64,000 bases of DNA from a virus. Every line of letters begins with the position of its first letter. Position 1 is the stretch's first letter. The notes under the pieces are model-generated. The model saw only the letters and a program-made list of their open reading frames with translations, did no database searches and had not been told where the DNA came from. A program made the translations under genes and the position numbers. The stretch spans positions 96,001-160,000 of IMG/VR virus record IMGVR_UViG_3300020733_000010; one strand, written 5' to 3'. This document shows positions 49,401 to 58,094 of the stretch, piece after piece.

Positions 49401-50614
49401 GCAGTATGTTTTTTGACGGTGCTTCATACTATAATGTTAACTCAACCACTGCAATTACTTTTGGTACAGGTAACTTTACTATTGAATTCTGGATGTATAA
49501 TTTAAGTTCTACTACAACTACACGTATGATGGGTAATACAGTTCCTTTAGGCACTTTCACTACAAATGGTTGGGTTATTGCACCAAGTTATAACCAATCA
49601 GGTAGCAATTATTTTATAGGAATGTCAGTATACAATTACAGTTCTAGTGCATTCATTGCAGTTAGTTCAATAAATATCCCATTATATACTTGGGCACATG
49701 TTGCTTTTGTAAGAAATGGTACAACACTTACTAGCTTTGTCAATGGTGTGCTTGCAGGCACGACCACAAGTTTTTCAGTAAGCATGGACGGCGGCACTTT
49801 ACCATTCAGAGTAGTTGGATTTAGTGGTATTAGTACTGATACTGGTTTTAATGGATACTTAACAGATGTTCGTGTAACCGTGGGTACTGCGTTATATAGT
49901 AATGGGTTCTATCCATCAGCGGCACCGTTAACAAATGCAACAACAGGTGCCGCTGTATTATTAACTGGATCAAGTGCAGGAGTAATTGATTCAAGTACTA
50001 AAACAGATTTGATACCTGTTAATGGTACAGGTACAAACGTATATCCGCAAGTTGTTCCTAACATTAAAAATAATAGTACAGGTAGTATTTATTTCTCCGG
50101 TACTAGTCCTCAAGCACTAAAACTCTCTGACCAATCAGTGGGTGATTTTAACGCAGGTAATTTTACTGTTGAACTTTGGGTTTACTTCTTAACAGTTAGT
50201 GCTGGTTACCAACCTTTGATACATTACACTAATGGTTCAGCAGACAAAAACGGATGGGCATTATATATTGAAACTAATAATACTATTGCGTTTGCAGCCT
50301 CTGCCGCATCAAACACCTGGAGTGTTGCATTGAATACAAGTGGTGTAGTTCCAAACATTAATGCTTGGAATCATGTAGCAATAGTACGAAATGGATCAAC
50401 ATGGACATTATATTTAAATGGTAATAGTGTTCAAACAACTTCAAGTAGTGTAAGTATAACGACACAAACAGGTGGTATGTATATTGGATATTATCCTTAT
50501 TTCACAGGTGGCGCACGTTCGTTTAACGGATATATGGATGAAATTAGAATCACTATGGGTATCGCAAGATATACTAGTAACTTTACGACACCTGGTGCAA
50601 TGACAACTCAATAA
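46418..50614 (+). CDS. Giant LamG/concanavalin-A-like repeat protein (about 6 LamG domains)
   Basis: Six (F/W)TIE.W.Y...W.H.A repeats; C-terminal GYMDEIRIT.GIARYTSNF as in 34404-39662. Confidence 0.8.
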   Translation: MPMIASIASAASKALGFIGYTVFAYLKETYFSYVSLLVKANWNSVLAPNPLSGVNSPSTTPFISDAGLNNALQLATADARNDIFNPYMGGYYSIYFNTGDKLTFPSSSQFDFSGGSWTIECWFYSLTQPASGNATRLFMFGVNGSSPAWGYGFGPTNQINSGPAYSGTGLATATNIYSLNTWNHVAWSVNSGNMSIYVNGVLSAGPTAISVPVSGATTLIIGYDTASTVSFQYNGYLSNVRITKGVGLYTSNFTPSATPLTTSVGTGTISVFTANSNRFIDTSSNAFAITLTGSPAISQNVPFTVPSTYSTYGSGYFTGSSSTYISGTISALNFGSQQLSVEMWIYPTNITVNNQSLFTAGSGNLAILMVSLNGTIQPGQYGTASISNSTGTCTPLAWNHVVVTRDGSNNWRTFINGVLQGYGSKTFTPNNSSYLIGYGTVSTVAFYGYISDLHVVVNNIPTAYNTSATTVPTTVFIPPTSPNTQTPYSQLLTLQYNGASTNTSALDSGPYNFPIGRSGRALTGSFSPYSENGWSTLFNGTTDYLSVSNTNTMNFATTGVNFTIEVWVFPYTTSATLSSIIAMWTQGGAGAGDQWLIYVASNVLYFYWQPFSESLPWLSGGSVPNYTWTHIAVTRSGTTFTVWINGVSIASGTNSGTTTGSGYAVTIGYYGSGAGASATSYWNGYISNVRIVTGTALYSSTFAPSTTPLTPIAGTTLLTCQYNRFIDNSSTVGYAITATGTPRIKAYNPFGSHTFLPATNTQSFSYITGGSNWFTVASSGTSAFNFGTNNFTIECWVYTTAFGNGNAVIVIWDGGGSTARFTLGLSASGVGSDTSNGLSFSYTNPNTVTLSLNTWAHVAITRSGNNWYWYTNGVCNQTATNSASFTPSSVNMTIGNYSSSYSTGTQYVSNVRVVNGTALYSGTASFTPPTTALSLVPNTTLLWNTAALTDQSTNKLAITVGSGTPTLSRANPFLLSYTSSLAATGVPYSVAIASGSMFFDGASYYNVNSTTAITFGTGNFTIEFWMYNLSSTTTTRMMGNTVPLGTFTTNGWVIAPSYNQSGSNYFIGMSVYNYSSSAFIAVSSINIPLYTWAHVAFVRNGTTLTSFVNGVLAGTTTSFSVSMDGGTLPFRVVGFSGISTDTGFNGYLTDVRVTVGTALYSNGFYPSAAPLTNATTGAAVLLTGSSAGVIDSSTKTDLIPVNGTGTNVYPQVVPNIKNNSTGSIYFSGTSPQALKLSDQSVGDFNAGNFTVELWVYFLTVSAGYQPLIHYTNGSADKNGWALYIETNNTIAFAASAASNTWSVALNTSGVVPNINAWNHVAIVRNGSTWTLYLNGNSVQTTSSSVSITTQTGGMYIGYYPYFTGGARSFNGYMDEIRITMGIARYTSNFTTPGAMTTQ

Positions 50615-50636
50615 TATACCAACACTTTAACTACTG

Positions 50637-50643
50637 ATAAGTA
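50637..50643 (+). promoter_or_regulatory. Variant late promoter box ATAAGTA, 6 nt before ATG
   Basis: One mismatch to ATAAATA, same spacing to the start, no Shine-Dalgarno sequence. Confidence 0.35.
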
Positions 50644-50649
50644 CTAGTG

Positions 50650-51084
50650 ATGAATGTATTTCAACTCAACTATGAAGCCAGACTCAGTAGCTGGTATGAA
50701 CTAAGAGTACAATTAGAAAACTCTGATTTAGAAAACATGTGCGTAGAGATAGATAAATGGTGGCAACATGCCCCATTAGTCACGCACCATTTACACCTAC
50801 TTGACAGTGAAAGTTGGCCCGATCCTTGGGAACTTTTGGTAGAAAACACCTATTGTGAGGTTGCAAGAGCACTAGGAATGTGTTATACTTTGTTATTACT
50901 AGGTGTAGAATGTGTTGAAATAGCAGAAGCAACTAACAGTTTGGGCGATGATGTGGTCATAGTCCTAGTTGATAACGCAAAATATGTGATGAATTACTAC
51001 CCAAACATGGTACTAAGTATATCATCACACGATTTTAACATCAAGCGCACGGTCAGTTTAGACAAAATAAAAACAAAAATTTAA
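50650..51084 (+). CDS. Transglutaminase-like (BTLCP/LapG-like) fold protein, catalytic triad apparently incomplete
   Basis: WPDPWELLVENTYCEVARALGMCYTLLLLG parallels the BTLCP motif W.tP.E....GDCEDYAi.KY.tL..lG. Start taken at ATG 50650. Confidence 0.45.
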   Translation: MNVFQLNYEARLSSWYELRVQLENSDLENMCVEIDKWWQHAPLVTHHLHLLDSESWPDPWELLVENTYCEVARALGMCYTLLLLGVECVEIAEATNSLGDDVVIVLVDNAKYVMNYYPNMVLSISSHDFNIKRTVSLDKIKTKI

Positions 51085-51095
51085 GGTAAAAGATA

Positions 51096-53432
51096 ATGAA
51101 TAACACCAACGTAATTAAACGTGATGGGACTAGTGTCCCTCTAGATATTTCAAAGATACAAAGACAAGTTAGTTACGGATGCAAGGGGATAGAAAATGTA
51201 TCTCCTAGTATGATAGAAATCAAAGCACAAATTGAGTTACATGATGGCATGACAACTGAAACAATTGACGAACTATTGCTTAAAGCAATGGTTGACTTGA
51301 TTGATGAAACAGAAAACCCAGATATTAACAACGTCAATTATCAATATGTAGCAGGACGTCAAAAGGTCTCAATGCTACGTAAAGAAGTATATGGTACATA
51401 TTCACCACCAAGACTATACGAGATTGTAAAGAAGAACACTGACTTGGGTATGTATACCCCAGAACTATTACAATGGTATACAGAAGATGAGTGGGATATA
51501 ATTGACTTATTCATTGACCATAGCAAGGACGAAAATTATACCTACGCGGCTATCGCACAACTTGCAGAAAAGTACTTAGTTCAGAACCGTGCTACTGGTC
51601 AAATCTTTGAGACACCTCAAGTACGTTATGCAATTGCAGCCGCCACTGCATTCCATAATGAACCAAAAGATAAGAGACTAAAATATGTTAAAGAATATTA
51701 TGAATGCGCTAGTGAAGGGCATTTCACATTGGCTACCCCCGTTCTTGCTGGTCTTGGTACAACTACTAAACAATTTAGTAGTTGTGTACTTATATCGTCC
51801 GATGACACACTAGACAGTATCTTTGCTGCTGGTGAAATGATGGCTAAGTATGCTAGTAAACGTGCTGGCATTGGCTTAGAACTAGGACGCATTCGCCCAC
51901 TAGGTGCACCTATTCGTAACGGTGAAATCAAACATACTGGCATGATTCCTTTCTTAAAGAAATGGTTTGGTGACTTGCGTAGTTGCAGTCAAGGCGGTGT
52001 GCGTAATGCAAGTTGTACAGTTACATTCCCTATCTGGCACTATCAGTTTGAAGACTTAATTGTATTAAAGAACAATCAAGGTACAGAAGAAACTCGTGTA
52101 CGACAAATGGACTACTCAGTAGTCACAAGTAAGTTTTTCTTTAACCGTTACAAGAACCAAGAAAATATCACATTGTTTGACCCACATGAAGTACCTGATC
52201 TTTATGAAGCATTCTATCGTGATACAGAAGAATTTGAAAAATTATACACAATGTATGAACACAAACGTGGCATCAAAAAGAAAGTGTTGCCAGCAGTTGA
52301 AGTGTTCAAAAACGGTATTCTCAAAGAACGAACAGATACAGGTCGTATCTATTTGGTCTTTATTGACAATGTAATTAAACAAGGGCCTTTTGATACAAAA
52401 CTAGACCCTATTTACCAGAGTAATCTATGTCAAGAGATACTATTACCCACAAAGCCATTCCAACGTATTGAAGACGAGGCAGGTCGTATTGCCCTCTGTA
52501 CATTGGGCAGTCAGAACTGGGGAGCGTTTAAGACGCCCCAAGAAATGCGTAAGAGTGCTAGGGTACTAGTAAGAAGTTTAAGTAATCTCCTTAGCTATCA
52601 AGACTTCCTTTCTGTGCAAAGTAAGTTAGCTAACTTAGACTTTGAGCCTCTTGGTATAGGTATTACAAATTTAGCTTACTGGCATGCAAAACGCAGTTTC
52701 AAGTATGGGACACCAGAAGCACTAGCAGAAGTAAAACGCTGGATGGAACATCAAGCATTCTATCTAACAGAAGCAAGCGTAGAACTAGCACAAGAAAAAG
52801 GTGCATGCGGTAAAAGTCAGCAAACATTCTATGGTCAAGGTATTTTCCCTTGGGAACGTAGAAGTGAGGGTGTTAACGAATTAACAGACTTTACTCCAAG
52901 CACTACATTAGATTGGGAAGGCTTGCGCCAAAAATTATTGAAGTATGGTATTCGTAATGCTACACTAATGGCTGTAGCACCAGTAGAGTCCAGCAGTGTT
53001 GTGTTAAACTCCACCAACGGTATTGAAATGCCGATGGAATTGATTAGTGTTAAGGAATCTAAAGCTGGATCGTTTGTGCAGGTTGTACCAGAGTACAAAC
53101 GACTAAAGAACCGTTATCAACTAATGTGGGATCAAAAAGATTGTGCAGACTATCTTAAAACAGCAGCAGTATTGGCAGTATATATTGACCAATCACTAAG
53201 TACTAACACATTCTATAACCCTGCATATTTTGAAGGCGGCAAAGTTCCAGGTACATTGATTAGCAAGAACATTATGCTTGCATGTAAATGGGGAATCAAA
53301 ACTCTATACTATAGCTTAATCAATAAAGTAGGTAGTAAGGCTCAATTGAATGAACAAGATAATGTTATCCCGTTTGTTAAACAAGATTCAGTTGAGTTAG
53401 AAGATTTTGACTGTGAAGCATGTAAACTTTAA
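51096..53432 (+). CDS. nrdA: Ribonucleoside-diphosphate reductase class Ia, alpha subunit
   Basis: ATP-cone (VIKRDG), QFSSCVL, QSNLCQEIL, CTLG, APVESSS and C-terminal CEAC; no intron or intein seen. Confidence 0.96.
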   Translation: MNNTNVIKRDGTSVPLDISKIQRQVSYGCKGIENVSPSMIEIKAQIELHDGMTTETIDELLLKAMVDLIDETENPDINNVNYQYVAGRQKVSMLRKEVYGTYSPPRLYEIVKKNTDLGMYTPELLQWYTEDEWDIIDLFIDHSKDENYTYAAIAQLAEKYLVQNRATGQIFETPQVRYAIAAATAFHNEPKDKRLKYVKEYYECASEGHFTLATPVLAGLGTTTKQFSSCVLISSDDTLDSIFAAGEMMAKYASKRAGIGLELGRIRPLGAPIRNGEIKHTGMIPFLKKWFGDLRSCSQGGVRNASCTVTFPIWHYQFEDLIVLKNNQGTEETRVRQMDYSVVTSKFFFNRYKNQENITLFDPHEVPDLYEAFYRDTEEFEKLYTMYEHKRGIKKKVLPAVEVFKNGILKERTDTGRIYLVFIDNVIKQGPFDTKLDPIYQSNLCQEILLPTKPFQRIEDEAGRIALCTLGSQNWGAFKTPQEMRKSARVLVRSLSNLLSYQDFLSVQSKLANLDFEPLGIGITNLAYWHAKRSFKYGTPEALAEVKRWMEHQAFYLTEASVELAQEKGACGKSQQTFYGQGIFPWERRSEGVNELTDFTPSTTLDWEGLRQKLLKYGIRNATLMAVAPVESSSVVLNSTNGIEMPMELISVKESKAGSFVQVVPEYKRLKNRYQLMWDQKDCADYLKTAAVLAVYIDQSLSTNTFYNPAYFEGGKVPGTLISKNIMLACKWGIKTLYYSLINKVGSKAQLNEQDNVIPFVKQDSVELEDFDCEACKL

Positions 53433-53440
53433 GGTTAAAT

Positions 53441-53623
53441 ATGATAGACGCATACAATATTAGTTATATGTTAATGGATTCATGGCGTAAGTATGCTATG
53501 CGTTCTAGTGGGTCAATTTCAAAATTAGGAACAGTTCCTGTTTATGTAGAAGTAAACGGTGAACTGAAACTTATCACAGACCTCGTTGAAGACGACGGTA
53601 AGATTTTATTAAAGACAGAATAA
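53441..53623 (+). CDS. Hypothetical protein (60 aa)
   Basis: AAGG Shine-Dalgarno; TAATG coupling to the next ORF. Confidence 0.55.
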   Translation: MIDAYNISYMLMDSWRKYAMRSSGSISKLGTVPVYVEVNGELKLITDLVEDDGKILLKTE

Positions 53624-53847
53624 TGGACGATCTAGTAACTGAATCAGTGTCAGCAGATGACACTATCAAAAGCCTTCTCCTAAGTCACGGTATCACCGAT
53701 GATTTAGTAATTGAGAACGAAGAAGAAAAAATAATGGTTATCATGGCATTAACACAGACTGATATTATCGCTGTAAAGATTGATAACGAGGGTGCATTGT
53801 GCATCCAATATGAAGGTGAAAATTGGGAGAATAATAGTGAGCATTGA
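53623..53847 (+). CDS. Hypothetical acidic protein (74 aa)
   Basis: Coupled to the upstream ORF; overlaps the proposed nrdB start. Confidence 0.5.
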   Translation: MDDLVTESVSADDTIKSLLLSHGITDDLVIENEEEKIMVIMALTQTDIIAVKIDNEGALCIQYEGENWENNSEH

Positions 53848-54937
53848 ACAATATAATTTAACAAAACAAACAAACTATCTACAACGAAAAATGTTTCTAG
53901 ACCCTGCAGGGCCTGTAACTGTACAAAGGTTTGAAGAAGTCAAGTATCCACGCATTGCTAAATATGAAGAAACAGCACGTGGCTTCTTCTGGGTCCCAGA
54001 AGAAATCAGTTTAACGAAAGACAAGATTGACCACAAAGAATCTAGTGATGCTATCAAGCATATCTTTACTAGCAATCTATTACGTCAAACAGCATTAGAC
54101 AGTATTCAAGGTCGTGCTCCTAGTCAAGTATTCAGTCCTGTTATCAGTATTCCAGAACTAGAAGCATTAGTAAGTAATTGGAGTTTCTTTGAGACAAACA
54201 TACATAGCAAGAGTTATTCACACATTATTCGTAACATCTACGGAGTTCCAAAAGAAGAATTCAACAAAATCCACGATACCCAAGAAATCATCGGGATGGC
54301 AGCTAACGTTGGAAAGTATTACGAGGAGTTACATCAACTTAATTGTCGTAAAGAACTCGGAGAGGATGTTGATGTTATATCGCATAAAAAAGCGATTTGG
54401 CTTGCCCTTCATGCGTCATATGCGCTTGAAGCATTACGCTTCATGGTCTCGTTCGCAACAAGTTTAGCAATGGTAGAGAACAAGATTTACATAGGCAATG
54501 GGAACATTATCTCATTGATTTTACAAGATGAATTACTCCACACAGAATGGACAGCTTGGCTTATCAACAATGTCGTCAAAGACGATATTGACTTTATACA
54601 GATTCAGGCTGCTACATATCGTGACGTTTATGATTTGTATATGGAGGTCATTAATGAAGAAAAACAGTGGGCTGACTATCTATTCAGTAGGGGTGTCGTT
54701 ATTGGACTCAACGCCGACATTCTCAAGGATTTTGTTGACTTTACTGCTTACACCAGACTTAAAGACATTGGTATAAAATATAACGAATCTTATCCAAAAC
54801 ACAGTCCTATTCCATGGTTCAATAAGCATGTGAATATCAACAAAAAGCAAAGTGCTTTACAAGAAACAGAATCAACTAACTACGTTATTGGCGTTATGAG
54901 TGACATAGTTGAATTCGATGAATTACCGCAACTATAA
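53837..54937 (+). CDS. nrdB: Ribonucleoside-diphosphate reductase class Ia, beta subunit
   Basis: FFWVPEEI, DSIQGR, ETNIHSKSY, LEALRF..SF and DELLH di-iron/tyrosyl motifs. Start reassigned to GTG 53837 (GGAG Shine-Dalgarno at 53826-53829). Confidence 0.95.
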   Translation: MSIEQYNLTKQTNYLQRKMFLDPAGPVTVQRFEEVKYPRIAKYEETARGFFWVPEEISLTKDKIDHKESSDAIKHIFTSNLLRQTALDSIQGRAPSQVFSPVISIPELEALVSNWSFFETNIHSKSYSHIIRNIYGVPKEEFNKIHDTQEIIGMAANVGKYYEELHQLNCRKELGEDVDVISHKKAIWLALHASYALEALRFMVSFATSLAMVENKIYIGNGNIISLILQDELLHTEWTAWLINNVVKDDIDFIQIQAATYRDVYDLYMEVINEEKQWADYLFSRGVVIGLNADILKDFVDFTAYTRLKDIGIKYNESYPKHSPIPWFNKHVNINKKQSALQETESTNYVIGVMSDIVEFDELPQL

Positions 54938-54946
54938 GGAAATATT

Positions 54947-55201
54947 ATGGCAGCTTGGCATCAATTCCCATCACCTAAGTTTCCGAATGATCCCTGGAAC
55001 ATGCCCAAGTTTGGTATGTTATGCTTAGTTGGATCAACTGAAAACGACCCCAACCCAGTGCAGGGAGTATATGTTTATCCTGACTTTGGGAACACACTAT
55101 TTGTAACTCCTGACAAGGATCAAACACCTATTGATATTAAATCAGGGTATTGGTGCGAGCCAGGATTGACAGAGCATTTTGTATATCATATTCATAGATA
55201 A
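54947..55201 (+). CDS. Hypothetical protein (84 aa)
   Basis: AAGGA Shine-Dalgarno; fills the gap between nrdB and glutaredoxin. Confidence 0.55.
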   Translation: MAAWHQFPSPKFPNDPWNMPKFGMLCLVGSTENDPNPVQGVYVYPDFGNTLFVTPDKDQTPIDIKSGYWCEPGLTEHFVYHIHR

Positions 55202-55211
55202 GGAGAAAATA

Positions 55212-55442
55212 ATGAAAGCAATTGTATGGAGTAAGTATCATTGCCCATATTGTGACCAAGCGAAAGCATTGCTCACAAGTAAGGGTATTGAATTTGAAGA
55301 ACGTAAAATCGGCGACGGTTATACAAAAGAGGATCTACTAGAAGCAGCCCCTACAGCACGTTCAGTTCCACAAATCTTTTTAGATGGTGAATTGATCGGT
55401 GGGTTCACTGAACTCAAAACAAAACTAACAGAAGGCATTTAA
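55212..55442 (+). CDS. grx: Glutaredoxin (NrdC-like)
   Basis: CPYC active site and TARSVPQIFLDGELIGGF; start at ATG 55212 after AGGAG. Confidence 0.92.
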   Translation: MKAIVWSKYHCPYCDQAKALLTSKGIEFEERKIGDGYTKEDLLEAAPTARSVPQIFLDGELIGGFTELKTKLTEGI

Positions 55443-55735
55443 TGGAAACAGGAAAAATCTACACATTTAAGTTGAACAGTGGTGAAGAAGTCATTGGAAA
55501 ATATATCGACCAAGTTGATAATTATATGACAATTCAATCACCTGTAAGCATTATGGCAGGACCAAAAGGGGTTCAACTAATGCCCTCAATGTTCACTGTA
55601 GACCCAGACAGTCAAGTTACGCTAAATATTAATAGTGTTTCAATTTATGCTGACACGGACGAAAGCGTTCAAAACAAGTATATTGAAGCAACAACAGGAA
55701 TTCAAGTTCCTGACAAGAAAATATTAGTAGGATAA
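55442..55735 (+). CDS. Small protein with probable Sm/LSm-like beta-barrel
   Basis: TFKLNSGEEVIGKY..MTIQSP...LMP pattern; TAATG-coupled to glutaredoxin. Confidence 0.45.
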   Translation: METGKIYTFKLNSGEEVIGKYIDQVDNYMTIQSPVSIMAGPKGVQLMPSMFTVDPDSQVTLNINSVSIYADTDESVQNKYIEATTGIQVPDKKILVG

Positions 55736-55736
55736 T

Positions 55737-56018
55737 ATGGCAAAATTAAGTCGTAAGGGTGATAGAAATCAGGAAGGTGGTGCGATTATCCGCGGCGCTG
55801 GTACTGTGTTTGCTAACGGAATAAATGTCGGACTACACGTTAGTAAAATTACACCACACGCTCCATGGGGTGACAGTCACGGACCACATGAAGCAGCGAC
55901 AACAACACAAGGATCTCCAACTGTTTTCGCCGAGGGAGTACCCGTACTCCGTGTAGGATCAGGAAACAGTTGCGGGCATTCTATTGTTGAAGGTAGTCCC
56001 GACGTATTTGTACCATGA
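55737..56018 (+). CDS. PAAR-family spike tip protein (gp5.4-like)
   Basis: SRKGD, TVFANG, ITPH..PH, GSPTVFAEGVPVLRVG..CGH...GSPDVF. Confidence 0.85.
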   Translation: MAKLSRKGDRNQEGGAIIRGAGTVFANGINVGLHVSKITPHAPWGDSHGPHEAATTTQGSPTVFAEGVPVLRVGSGNSCGHSIVEGSPDVFVP

Positions 56019-58063
56019 GTTTATCAGGACAACATACACCCCTACAGTTAAACACATTTGCTAGTCTGTTACAGAACCAAGGCTTGAATATCAACGCCAA
56101 TGCAGTAACATACATGGGTTCTAGCAACAGTGTCAGTAACTATACGTATGGAACAATAACTACGGGTACAGTACTAGATAAACTAACAAAAGCAATTAGA
56201 TTAGGTTATGGACTGATCGGTAGTGGTGCAAGTCATATATCACAAGCAACATACAATAATCTAATTAGTATCGGATCCGCAGATATTCCAGCATTAGGAA
56301 ATAGTGTTCCATCAAGTTATACAGGAACATATACTGGTGAATTAACTAGTTATGGATTCTTAAGATTATTTTCACTACAAGCATATAACGAATTTTATTT
56401 GAATAATGGAAGTTACAGTGATTTCCTACAGTCATTTAGTGTTTGTCATAGTTATGCAGTTCAACAAAACAACTTAATTAATAGCATGATTGCTAGTCAA
56501 ACATTCATGGATGGTGCATACAGCAACATGAATGACTTAACCACAGGTGATATCACAGGTGTAACACTAGCGACACTATATTGGGGACAAGATTTAATTG
56601 CTAGTGGACGATCTATTGATTTGAGTAGTATTGATAGATTTGGTAGTCCTGACGTATTACTAAAAACATTAAGCAAAAACAAAGCAATTACACCCGCGGT
56701 AAGTTTAGCATTATTAAGTGCGGGATTAGAAACGTCACAGATACTAGATATTATTAATAGTAAAACTACACCCACCCCAGATCAACAAAAACGCATCTAT
56801 CTAGCATTACATGTAATATTAGGTAAAGACTTATCGGACGTTTGTACAATACTTAACTGTCAAACACCTAATCTCAATACACTAGCGGATTTACTAGATC
56901 CTAAGAAACTATTCCCTAACAGTTATACAACACTAACTGTCCCAGTATATAACACTAGCAAAGTACCTACAAATAGCAAAACATACTATTTGATTTACAC
57001 AAACACGGGGGTTAATAAACTACCCGGATACAATTTTGGTAGTTATTTGACTGGTGTATTACCCGATGATATTGCATATGCTTGTGGTGCATTCAGCACA
57101 AGCATGATGCAGATTAAACATATTCAATCCACGAATATTGAAAACTTCAGCCAAGTTGTCACACACTTGGAAAACGTATCAGATTTAACAATACCTAACA
57201 GTTCAAAACCAACAGGAGATCATGTTGCTGGTGCAGTATCAATCATAGCATTAGGATCGGGACCTAACGGTACATACACAATGGGTGACTTTTTTGGTGC
57301 AATGACGGATGTACACTATGATTGGATGAATTTACAGCAACAAATCATTGGATTACAGTCAACTACATTAATTACAATATATAATGAAATATACACGCTA
57401 CTCAATGGCTCTAGTCCATATACGGGGCTACAGGCTCTTATTGATGCAGCAAACACAGAAATACACAATATTAGCCTTGCTAATGCACAAGCAGCACAGA
57501 ATTTGAATTCTTTGTATAGTCAATTTGGTGACTATTTACTAAAAGAACAAAACGCTAGGAGTTTAGCGATTTCCAATCCTAGCGGTATAACTTCTACCAC
57601 GAATGATGTTTCAGCTTTCATAGATAGCTTAAATCAATATGGTACTCAAACTGAGGATGATGGCACTGTTCTCATACTTGAGTCAATCGCAGACCAGACT
57701 AACATAGGAGGAAACAGTCTAATAGGTGCTATGCGTGAGATCCGTAACGCAACTCGCTTAGGATTAGCAGGATTAAGATTGGATAACGATATTCAAACGA
57801 ATACACTTCAATTGCCTAGGGTTCCAGGAACCACTAGCGGAGAAAGTCCTGTATCAAATTATACTGGTATTATAAATAACGTTCCTATTATTACAGGTGC
57901 CAGTACAACGCCGGGAAGCCTAGGAGGTAGTCCCGCAACATCACTAGTTCCCACCAATTTAAGTATCTTTGATACCGGTGTAAAACCTAGTGTTCTCTCT
58001 CCTGCAAGTGCAGTTGATACAACAGTGTTGTGCAATTGTGATTGCTGGGACTTAATAAAATGA
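56015..58063 (+). CDS. Hypothetical 682-aa protein, probably baseplate/tail associated
   Basis: ATGA overlap with the PAAR gene; C-terminal CNCDCW motif; no recognised family. Confidence 0.55.
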   Translation: MSLSGQHTPLQLNTFASLLQNQGLNINANAVTYMGSSNSVSNYTYGTITTGTVLDKLTKAIRLGYGLIGSGASHISQATYNNLISIGSADIPALGNSVPSSYTGTYTGELTSYGFLRLFSLQAYNEFYLNNGSYSDFLQSFSVCHSYAVQQNNLINSMIASQTFMDGAYSNMNDLTTGDITGVTLATLYWGQDLIASGRSIDLSSIDRFGSPDVLLKTLSKNKAITPAVSLALLSAGLETSQILDIINSKTTPTPDQQKRIYLALHVILGKDLSDVCTILNCQTPNLNTLADLLDPKKLFPNSYTTLTVPVYNTSKVPTNSKTYYLIYTNTGVNKLPGYNFGSYLTGVLPDDIAYACGAFSTSMMQIKHIQSTNIENFSQVVTHLENVSDLTIPNSSKPTGDHVAGAVSIIALGSGPNGTYTMGDFFGAMTDVHYDWMNLQQQIIGLQSTTLITIYNEIYTLLNGSSPYTGLQALIDAANTEIHNISLANAQAAQNLNSLYSQFGDYLLKEQNARSLAISNPSGITSTTNDVSAFIDSLNQYGTQTEDDGTVLILESIADQTNIGGNSLIGAMREIRNATRLGLAGLRLDNDIQTNTLQLPRVPGTTSGESPVSNYTGIINNVPIITGASTTPGSLGGSPATSLVPTNLSIFDTGVKPSVLSPASAVDTTVLCNCDCWDLIK

Positions 58064-58094
58064 TTATCTAATCATTAAAATTTAGGAGTCAATT

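Noticed and set aside
30512-50614. Diversity-generating retroelement acting on the tip proteins
   Set aside because: No reverse transcriptase in the window and no template/variable repeat pair with adenine-only mismatches; the paralog differences affect all bases.
4671-54937. Introns or inteins in portal, capsid, nrdA or nrdB
   Set aside because: All are continuous, of normal length, with catalytic motifs in normal spacing.
58061-58074. Short inverted repeat TGATTA-TC-TAATCA after the 682-aa gene
   Set aside because: Only 6 AT-rich base pairs with a 2-nt loop; likely chance.
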